DNA of 64,000 bases, from the NCBI GenBank assembly GCA_965228895.1, contig OZ245842.1, forward strand, positions 160,001 to 224,000, written 5' to 3'. The stretch's first letter is position 1. Each line of letters begins with the position of its first letter. The notes beneath the pieces are model-generated. The model did not search any database and was not told the origin of the DNA. It worked only from the letters and a program-made list of their open reading frames with translations. Positions 8,938-16,402 of the stretch are shown here, piece by piece. The stretch is from Alphaproteobacteria bacterium. GTDB lineage: Bacteria; Pseudomonadota; Alphaproteobacteria; SP197. The position numbers and the translations under genes are program-made.

Positions 8938-9100
8938 GTGATTCAAGCTCCGAAAGGAGCTGTGACAATGCGATTTCATCCGCATCAAACAGTGTAGTCG
9001 GATCGCCACACGGTACGACAAGCTGGCGGCGAACTTCCCGGCATTCATCAGGCTAGCCGCAATGAGGCTCTGGCTAGCCATTAATGAGCCCGCGCCCTAG
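8936..9100 (+). pseudogene. Internally deleted IS5-family transposase remnant plus right end
   Basis: Frame 8966-9100 reads QCDFIRIKQCSRIATRYDKLAANFPAFIRLAAMRLWLAINEPAP*, the characteristic IS5/IS427-type C-terminus (ATRYDK..N...F..LA....WL). The stop lies in the terminal repeat. An RBS (AAGGAG) and ATG (8968) sit just upstream, out of frame. Confidence 0.85.
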
Positions 9101-9115
9101 ATAGAAGGCGCACCT

Positions 9116-10195
9116 CTAAAGCAACGCCAACTGGTCGCTGTCGGCGATAGGACGGATGAACTGGCGAGTGTCGAGTACCCAGTTGCGGCGGTTCAGGCCC
9201 AGGCGGCGCGCGGCGATGCCAAAGCGCCGTGAGATCATGTCGGCGAACGGGCCGGTGCCGACCTGACGCTGACGCCATTTGGGATCGTAGTCGCGCCCGT
9301 TGCGGCAGTCCTGGATCAGGCTGATCACGCGCTTGGCGCGGTCGGGCTCATGGGTCTCCAGCCATTCGCGGAACAGGTCCTTGATCTCCAGCGGCAGGCG
9401 CAGCAGCACATAGCTCGCGCTGGTGGCGCCGGCATCGCGGGCGGCTTCCAGCACCGCCTCCATCTCCGCATCGTTCAGGCCGGGAATGATCGGCGCGAAC
9501 AGGACGCCCGTGTCGACGCCGGCCTCGGTCAGCCGCTTAACGGCGTCGAGCCGACGTTGCGGTGTCGAGGCGCGCGGCTCCATACGACGGGCGAGGTCGC
9601 GGTCAAGCGTGGTGATCGAAAGATAGGCGCGCGCCAGCTTGTCCTGGCCCATCGGCCCCAGAATGTCGGCGTCCCTCGCGATCAGCGCTGACTTGGTGAC
9701 GATGCCGACCGGATGGCGGCACTCCGACAAGACCTCCAGCACCGATCGCGTGATACGGTGCTGGCGCTCGATCGGCTGGTAGGGGTCGGTGTTGGTGCCC
9801 ATGGCGATGACCCGGGGCCTGTAGCCCGGCCGCGCCAGTTCGCTCCTCAAGAGCCGCGCGGCGTCCGGCTTGATAAGCAGCTTCGATTCGAAGTCCTGGC
9901 CTGGCGACAGGCCCAAAAAGGCATGGGTTGGGCGTGCGAAACAATAGACGCAACCGTGCTCGCAGCCCCGATAGGGGTTGATCGAGCGGTCGAATGGCAC
10001 GTCCGGTGACTGGTTGCGGGCGATGATTGTCTTGGTCGTGTCGACGGTGATCTCCGTCTTCAAGGGCGGCAGGTCCTCGTCCAGGCTGCCCCAGCCGTCG
10101 TCAAACGCCTCATAGGCGTGCCGTTCGAAGCGGCCGGCTTCGTTGCTGACCGTGCCCCGCCCCTTGCGCTGAAGGCGATAGTTTATCTGGGTCAT
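9116..10195 (-). CDS. PA0069-family radical SAM protein (spore photoproduct lyase-like)
   Basis: SINPYRGCEHGCVYCFARP (CxxxCxxC), GTNTDPYQPIE, IVTKS, MEPRAS, LLRLPLE. Start at the ATG at 10195 after a GGAGG RBS. Confidence 0.93.
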   Translation of the reverse strand: MTQINYRLQRKGRGTVSNEAGRFERHAYEAFDDGWGSLDEDLPPLKTEITVDTTKTIIARNQSPDVPFDRSINPYRGCEHGCVYCFARPTHAFLGLSPGQDFESKLLIKPDAARLLRSELARPGYRPRVIAMGTNTDPYQPIERQHRITRSVLEVLSECRHPVGIVTKSALIARDADILGPMGQDKLARAYLSITTLDRDLARRMEPRASTPQRRLDAVKRLTEAGVDTGVLFAPIIPGLNDAEMEAVLEAARDAGATSASYVLLRLPLEIKDLFREWLETHEPDRAKRVISLIQDCRNGRDYDPKWRQRQVGTGPFADMISRRFGIAARRLGLNRRNWVLDTRQFIRPIADSDQLALL

Positions 10196-10212
10196 GGCGT
10201 TCCTCCGGAGGA

Positions 10213-10227
10213 GAACATTATAGGAAC
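10213..10227 (-). promoter_or_regulatory. Alphaproteobacterial LexA (SOS) box GTTC-N7-GTTC
   Basis: + strand GAAC-ATTATAG-GAAC, an exact consensus match, about 18 nt upstream of the radical SAM start. Confidence 0.8.
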
Positions 10228-10273
10228 ATTCGATGGTTCGGCAAGGAAACATGACGGCGCGCCCGGAAGCCTT

Positions 10274-10966
10274 ATGATCCCGCCCATGCTCCGGCTCGCC
10301 GTCGTCATCCCCACGCTTAACGCCGCCGCCACGCTGCCCTCGGTGTTGGCGGCGCTGGTCTCAGGCGACGCCATCGAACGCGAGATGGTGGTGGTCGACG
10401 GCGGCTCTGACGACGGTACGCCGGCGCTGGCCGAGTCGTTGGGCGCGCGCGTTGTCACCGCGTCAAAAGGACGCGGCAGTCAACTCGCGGCCGGCGCAGC
10501 GGCGACATCGGCGCCGTGGCTGCTCTTTCTGCACGCCGACACACGGCTGCAGGCAGGTTGGTCTCGTGATGTCCTGGCATTTGCCAACGAGGCTGCCAAC
10601 CGGGGCAAGGCCGCGGTCTTCCGCTTCGCACTCGACGATCAAGCCCGTGGCGCTCGCCGCCTGGAGCGCCTGGTGGCCTGGCGCACGCGTGTCCTGGGCC
10701 TGCCTTACGGCGACCAGGGGTTTTTGATCTCGCGCGAGCTCTACAACGACATCGGTGGCTTCCGCGCCCTGCCGCTGATGGAAGACGTCGATATCGTCCG
10801 TCGTCTGGGGCGTGCCCGTCTCGTCAGCCTGCCGTCCGCAGCGATTACCAGCGCCAGACGTTACCAGGGCGGCGGTTATTTTCTGCGCAGTGCGCGCAAC
10901 GTGACCTGCCTCTGTCTCTACTTTCTCGGTGTGCCGCCGCGCTGGCTGGTCAGGTTCTACGGATGA
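10274..10966 (+). CDS. GT2 glycosyltransferase, TIGR04283-type
   Basis: VVIPTLNAA, VVDGGSDDGT, GRGSQLAAGA, LLFLHADT, LPYGDQG, PLMEDV, TSARRY. Confidence 0.9.
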   Translation: MIPPMLRLAVVIPTLNAAATLPSVLAALVSGDAIEREMVVVDGGSDDGTPALAESLGARVVTASKGRGSQLAAGAAATSAPWLLFLHADTRLQAGWSRDVLAFANEAANRGKAAVFRFALDDQARGARRLERLVAWRTRVLGLPYGDQGFLISRELYNDIGGFRALPLMEDVDIVRRLGRARLVSLPSAAITSARRYQGGGYFLRSARNVTCLCLYFLGVPPRWLVRFYG

Positions 10967-11568
10967 TCCCGCGCCATGTCGTCGTGTTTGCCCGCCAGCC
11001 GCGTTTCGGAACGGTCAAGACGCGGCTCGCCGCCGATATCGGGCCTGGCGCGGCGCTGGCCTTCTATCGCCGCACGCTCGCGCAGATGCTCAAGGGCCTG
11101 GGTCAGGACGGCCGCTGGACCACCTGGCTTGCTGTCACGCCGGCGACGGCGGCCAGACGACGCCGACCATGGCAGGCCGGTTTGCCTCTCATGGCCCAGG
11201 CTGAAGGCAATCTGGGGGACCGCATGGCGACGGTCTTCCGCGAGTTGCCGCCGGGACCGGCCATCATCGTCGGCAGTGACATTCCGGATCTGCGTCCGGC
11301 CCATGTCGCCGCCGCGTTCCGCCTGCTTGACGACAACGACGTCGTCTTCGGGCCGACGCCGGACGGCGGTTACTACCTGATCGGCCTGCGCCCGGAGCGG
11401 CGCGACGGACCGCTGTTCGAACGGGTCAGGTGGTCGACGCGCCATGCACTCGCCGACACACGCAAAAGCCTGCCGCGCGGCTGCCGCATCGCCCAGTTGT
11501 CGGAGCTGATGGATATCGACACCGGCGACGACTTCGCACGGTGGCGCCGTCGGTCGATCGGCGGTTAG
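10963..11568 (+). CDS. TIGR04282 / DUF2064 transferase
   Basis: FARQPRFGTVKTRLA, QAEGNLGDRM, IVGSDIP, VFGPTPDGGYYLIG, VRWST, DIDTGDD; ATGA coupling to the upstream gene. Confidence 0.9.
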   Translation: MIPRHVVVFARQPRFGTVKTRLAADIGPGAALAFYRRTLAQMLKGLGQDGRWTTWLAVTPATAARRRRPWQAGLPLMAQAEGNLGDRMATVFRELPPGPAIIVGSDIPDLRPAHVAAAFRLLDDNDVVFGPTPDGGYYLIGLRPERRDGPLFERVRWSTRHALADTRKSLPRGCRIAQLSELMDIDTGDDFARWRRRSIGG

Positions 11569-11610
11569 TCTGTCGCAGCAATTAACAACCCGAACGCGAA
11601 AGGCGGGGGC

Positions 11611-13059
11611 ATGACGGGAACGACGGTGATCCGCAAGGCCGACTGGCTGGTTGCCTGGGACCAGGCGACGGGGTCGCATGTCTATCTCCGCAATGCGGAT
11701 ATCGCCTTTGCCCACGGCAAGGTGAGCTTCGTGGGCTCGGGCTATGACGGTCCTGCCGACCAAGAGATCGACGGGCGCGACCGCATGGTCATGCCGGGCC
11801 TGATCAACATCCACACTCACGCGGGATGGGAGCCGGTCAGAAAGGGCATGACCGACGAGATCCGAAGCCCCGGTTTCTGGCACAGCTCGCTCTATGAGTA
11901 CCTGCCGCTGTTCCCGCTGGAGTCCCATGAGACCGCCGTGTGCATGCGTGTCGCCTACGCGGAAATGTTGAAGAGCGGCTGCACCACCATCGTCGATTTC
12001 GGCTTTCCGTTCGAAGGCTGGCTTGACCTGATGGGCGAAAGCGGCCTGCGTGTCGTTGCCGCACCCTGGTTCTTCGACGCCAGTTACCACACCAAGGACG
12101 GCCACAGCCTGACCTATGACTGGGACGAAGACGAGGGCCGGCGCCAGTTTGACGCCGGCATGCGTGCCATCGATCTGGCCAACCAGCATCCGTCCGGCCG
12201 TCTCTCCGGCATGGTCGCGCCGGGCCAGGCCGACTGCTGCACGCCGGAGAGGCTGCGCGACGCCTTCGATGTCGCCGAAGAACGCAACCTGCCCTACCAG
12301 CTCCATACCGCCGAGAGTGTGGTCGAGTTCCACGAAATGCAGCGCCGTCACGGCCTGACCTCGGTCGGCTGGCTTGACAAGCTCGGCATTCTTTCCGAGC
12401 GCACCATCCTGGGCCACGCGATCTTTCTGGATCATCACCCCTGGCTGCATTGGACCAGCCAGCGTGATCTCGCGCTGCTGGCCGAGCGTGGCGTGTCCGT
12501 CGCCCACTGTCCGACCGTCTTCATGCGCCGCGGCATCGCGCTCAACACGCTGGGCGGTTACCTCAAGGCAGGCGTCAACATGGGGATCGGCACCGATACC
12601 TATCCGCACAACATGCTGGACGAGCTGCGCCATGCCGGCACGATCGCACGCGCGGTGGCCGGCACGGTCGACGACCTCAACACGTCGGATGTGTTTAATG
12701 CCGTCACCATCGGCGGCGCCAAGGCGCTGATGCGTGACGACATCGGGCGCCTTGATGTCGGCGCGCGCGCCGATCTCGTTCTCGTCGACCTGAAGCACCC
12801 CGCCATGATGCCGGTGCGCGAACCCATTCGGAATCTGATTTTCGTCGCCAACGATCGCGCGGTCGCCGACGTCTTTGTCGACGGCCATCACGTGGTGCGC
12901 GGCGGCGAGGTGCTGACCATCGACCACCGGGCGGCGTGCGAAGAGCTGGCTGAGGTGCAGGCGCGCGCCATTGCCGATATTCCGAAGCGCGACTGGGCCG
13001 GGCGCCGGGCCGACGACCTGATGCCGCTTGTCTATCCGGTGTCCCAGGAGTCCATGTGA
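11611..13059 (+). CDS. Amidohydrolase, TRZ/ATZ chlorohydrolase / nucleoside deaminase family
   Basis: MPGLINIHTH, LKSGCTT, LHTAES, LGHAI, AHCP, GIGTD, IGRLDVGARADLV. Confidence 0.9.
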   Translation: MTGTTVIRKADWLVAWDQATGSHVYLRNADIAFAHGKVSFVGSGYDGPADQEIDGRDRMVMPGLINIHTHAGWEPVRKGMTDEIRSPGFWHSSLYEYLPLFPLESHETAVCMRVAYAEMLKSGCTTIVDFGFPFEGWLDLMGESGLRVVAAPWFFDASYHTKDGHSLTYDWDEDEGRRQFDAGMRAIDLANQHPSGRLSGMVAPGQADCCTPERLRDAFDVAEERNLPYQLHTAESVVEFHEMQRRHGLTSVGWLDKLGILSERTILGHAIFLDHHPWLHWTSQRDLALLAERGVSVAHCPTVFMRRGIALNTLGGYLKAGVNMGIGTDTYPHNMLDELRHAGTIARAVAGTVDDLNTSDVFNAVTIGGAKALMRDDIGRLDVGARADLVLVDLKHPAMMPVREPIRNLIFVANDRAVADVFVDGHHVVRGGEVLTIDHRAACEELAEVQARAIADIPKRDWAGRRADDLMPLVYPVSQESM

Positions 13060-14300
13060 GCGCCAACCAGCATCGCGAGCCCAAGCTCGACGGCGGCCAG
13101 GCATGGGTCATTGCCATCGCCTCGCTGCTGCTCGTCTCGTTCGGCATGGGCGGCATGATGAGCCTTTCGGTCAGTCTGAAAGACCTGTCGGCGGAGTTCG
13201 ACTGGCCGCGTTCGGTGCCGTCGCTCGCCTATGCGTTCTTCATGCTTGGCATCGGCAGCGCAGGCGTGATCATGGGCCGCTGGATGGACCGCGCGGGGAT
13301 CGGGCCGCCGCTTACGGTTGCTGCGCTGATTATCCCGTCGGCCGCGCTGACAATCGCCCATGTCACGACTGCCTGGCAGCTCTACATCGTCTATGGCGTG
13401 ATGTTCGGTTTCCTCGGCACCGGTGTGTTGTTCATTTGCCTGCTGACCCACGCGACCCGCTGGTTTAAGCGAAACCGTGGCTTGGCGGTCGCGATCGTCG
13501 CGTCTGGCCAGAGCGTCGGCGGCGCGGTCTGGCCGCGGCTGATCGAATACGGCAACGCGGAGATTGGTTGGCGCGCGACCTTCACCGTTTTCGGCTTTGG
13601 TGCGTTCGTCGTCATGCTGCCGCTGGTCTTCGTCATCAACCGAAAGCCACCGGTCGAGCCGGCCACAGCGAGCGCCTTGTTGCGCGGCAATGGCGGCATC
13701 ACCTTGCGCGACAATCTGCCGCAGATTGTTCTGAGCGCGGCGATCTTGTGCTGTTGCATCACCATGGCGATGCCGCTTCTGCACATGGCTGCCCATGTCA
13801 GCGATGTCGGCTACACCCTGCGTCAGGGTGCCGAAGTGCTGTCGTTCATTCTGATAGCCAGCTTTGTCGGCAGGATCGGCATGGGCTGGCTGACAGACCG
13901 CATCGGCGCGCTTAAGTCGATGCTGTTGGGATCATCTCTGCAGGCCGCCGGCACCGCCGTTTTCGTGGTGACCGACGGGATCTCCGGAATTTATGCGGGC
14001 GCGATCTTCTTTGGCCTTGGTTTCGGTGGTTTGGTGCCGATGTATGCGGTCGCCATCCGGGATATCTACCCCGCCAATCAGGCAGGCTGGCGCTTCGGGA
14101 CGATTTTCATCTTCGGCGCCTTGGGTATGGCGCTCGGCGGTCAAGTGGCGGGCGTCATCCACGACATGACCGACAGCTACAAACTCGCCTTTGCGCTGGG
14201 CGTTGTCTTCAACATCTTCAATCTGGCGCTTCTTGTCTGCGTTATGATGATGACGCGCCGGCCCAGACCGATCCTGACGTCGCCCCAGGCGATCAGGTAA
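13056..14300 (+). CDS. MFS transporter
   Basis: About 12 TM segments, GRWMDRAG, WFKRNRGLA, GWLTDRIG. Confidence 0.92.
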   Translation: MSANQHREPKLDGGQAWVIAIASLLLVSFGMGGMMSLSVSLKDLSAEFDWPRSVPSLAYAFFMLGIGSAGVIMGRWMDRAGIGPPLTVAALIIPSAALTIAHVTTAWQLYIVYGVMFGFLGTGVLFICLLTHATRWFKRNRGLAVAIVASGQSVGGAVWPRLIEYGNAEIGWRATFTVFGFGAFVVMLPLVFVINRKPPVEPATASALLRGNGGITLRDNLPQIVLSAAILCCCITMAMPLLHMAAHVSDVGYTLRQGAEVLSFILIASFVGRIGMGWLTDRIGALKSMLLGSSLQAAGTAVFVVTDGISGIYAGAIFFGLGFGGLVPMYAVAIRDIYPANQAGWRFGTIFIFGALGMALGGQVAGVIHDMTDSYKLAFALGVVFNIFNLALLVCVMMMTRRPRPILTSPQAIR

Positions 14301-15843
14301 CGAACCGGTCCCGAAGGTCCCGCCGCAACACCTTGCCTGGTCCGGACCGTGGCAGATCCTCGACAAACGTGACGGATCGTGGGCATTTGAAATGGCTCAA
14401 GTGCTCGCGGCAGTGCGCGACCAGAGCGTCTTGAAGCTTGTCATCGGGCTTGTGTCCGGGACGCAACATGACGACGGCCATGACTTCTTCGCCCCACTCG
14501 TCATGGGGCACGCCGATACAGGCCGCTTCGGCGACCGCCGGGTGATCGTGCAGCACGGCCTCGGCTTCCGCCGGGTAAATGTTGACGCCGCCTGAGATGA
14601 TGGTGTCCGCGTTGCGCCCGGTCAGGAAGAGATAGCCGTCCTCGTCCAGGTAGCCGAGGTCGCCCATGGTGAAATGATTGCCGGCCCGATTCTGCGCGGT
14701 TTTCTCCGGCGCCTTGAAGTACTCAAACCGGTCGTCTTCGGGCAGGAGCGTGAAGACACGACCGATCTCACCCGGCGGCAACGGTCGATCGTTTTCGTCC
14801 AGGATCGCCACATCGGTCTCGGGCACCTTGCGTCCGACTGTGCCGGGTCGCGCAAGCCAGTCTTCGGGCGTGGAAAAGATGACCGCACCCTCGGTGCCGC
14901 CGAAGAACTCGTAGAGGATCGGTCCCAGCCAGTCGATCATCCGGCGCTTGAGGTCGACCGAGCAGGGTGCCGAGCCGTGCAGCAGCCAGCGCAGGGACGA
15001 TAGATCGTAGGTCTCTCGGACGTCTTCGGGCAGCGCCAGCATGCGGTGGAACATGATCGGCACCATCTGGCTGTGTGTGATGCGCTCGCGTTCGATGACG
15101 CGCAGGACTTCCTCTGCATCGAACCGCTCCATGATGTAGATGCCGGCACCCTGGTTGAGGGGGAACAGCAGGTTCAAAAGCAGAGGTGCGGCGTGATAGA
15201 GCGGGCCGGGGCTCAACATCAGATCGTTGTCGTGGTCAAACGCGGTGGATTCCACGAGGACCGATGCCAAAGGCGCGCGCCGCAGCCCGGTCTTTCTGAC
15301 ACCCTTGGGCCGTCCGGTGGTGCCGGAGGTGTAGAGCATGCGCGAGCCGACGACGGGATCGTCGAGGTCTGAGTCGTCCTCGCCTGCCAGCGCCGCCGCG
15401 AAGTCGTCAAAGCCCTCGATACCGCCATCGATGGCGAGGCCGCTCTCGACGCGCGGCGCCATGGCGCATATGGCCTTCGTCGTGTCGGCAAAAGCGCGTT
15501 CACTGACCAGCAGCCGGGCTTCGCAATCATCCAGGATGTAGCCGGCCTCGTCGGCGTTCAGATGCCAGTTGATCGGCGTCAGCGTGACGCCGCAGCGCAT
15601 GGCGCCGAAGATGGCAATGGCGAACGCCGCGCGGTTGCCGACCAGAAGCGCCGCCGTGTCGCCGGCCTGAAGCCCACGCCGATGCAAAACGCGCGCAAAC
15701 TGGTTCGAGAGCCTGTTTAACTCTTCGAACGTCAGGGTGCCTCGGGGGCTAACGATGGCGCGCCGGTTGGGCGCCTCGCGGGCGGTGACCGCGATGTTCA
15801 TGCCAACTTCGTTGGCCTCATCCATGGTCAACGACGTCGGCAA
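14293..15843 (-). CDS. Acyl-CoA synthetase (AMP-binding)
   Basis: MLYTSGTTGRPKG, EFFGGTEG, TMGDLGYLDEDGYLFLTGR, IISGGVNIYPAE, LPRSGPGKVLR. Start is TTG 15843 or ATG 15825. Confidence 0.93.
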   Translation of the reverse strand: MPTSLTMDEANEVGMNIAVTAREAPNRRAIVSPRGTLTFEELNRLSNQFARVLHRRGLQAGDTAALLVGNRAAFAIAIFGAMRCGVTLTPINWHLNADEAGYILDDCEARLLVSERAFADTTKAICAMAPRVESGLAIDGGIEGFDDFAAALAGEDDSDLDDPVVGSRMLYTSGTTGRPKGVRKTGLRRAPLASVLVESTAFDHDNDLMLSPGPLYHAAPLLLNLLFPLNQGAGIYIMERFDAEEVLRVIERERITHSQMVPIMFHRMLALPEDVRETYDLSSLRWLLHGSAPCSVDLKRRMIDWLGPILYEFFGGTEGAVIFSTPEDWLARPGTVGRKVPETDVAILDENDRPLPPGEIGRVFTLLPEDDRFEYFKAPEKTAQNRAGNHFTMGDLGYLDEDGYLFLTGRNADTIISGGVNIYPAEAEAVLHDHPAVAEAACIGVPHDEWGEEVMAVVMLRPGHKPDDKLQDALVAHCREHLSHFKCPRSVTFVEDLPRSGPGKVLRRDLRDRFVT

Positions 15844-15844
15844 C

Positions 15845-16402
15845 TCAGCCCTTTTGGCGCGCCTTGGCCGGTCCGCCTTCGGTCAGGCGCGGCATCAGCT
15901 CTACGAAGTTGCACGGGCCGAAACGATAGTCCAACTGATGCACCAGGATGTCGTCCCAGGCGTCCTTGCAGGCGCCGGGCGAGCCGGGCAGGGCAAACAG
16001 GTAGGTACCGCCGGCGACGCCGGCCGTGGCGCGCGACTGGATGGTCGATGTGCCGATCTTCTGGAAGCTCAGCCACCGGAACAGTTCGCCGAACCCGGGG
16101 ATCGGTTTTTCGTAGAGGGTTTCGAAGGCTTCCGGCGTCACATCGCGTCCGGTCACGCCGGTGCCGCCGGTCGCAACCACGACATCGACCTCGGGATCCG
16201 CGATCCAGTGACCGACCGCGCTTTCGATCTGGTCGATCTCGTCGGTGACGATCCTGCGTTCGATGACGGTGTGCCCGGCCGCCTTGATGCGGTCGACCAG
16301 CACGTTGCCCGACTTGTCGTCAGCCTCGGTGCGCGTATCGGATACGGTCAGGACCGCAATGTTTACAGGTATGAAAGGCTTGCTGTCGTCAATACCCGGC
16401 AA
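15845..16402 (-). CDS. moaB: Molybdenum cofactor biosynthesis protein B
   Basis: [59 protein letters not shown]. Confidence 0.96.
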   Translation of the reverse strand: MPGIDDSKPFIPVNIAVLTVSDTRTEADDKSGNVLVDRIKAAGHTVIERRIVTDEIDQIESAVGHWIADPEVDVVVATGGTGVTGRDVTPEAFETLYEKPIPGFGELFRWLSFQKIGTSTIQSRATAGVAGGTYLFALPGSPGACKDAWDDILVHQLDYRFGPCNFVELMPRLTEGGPAKARQKG

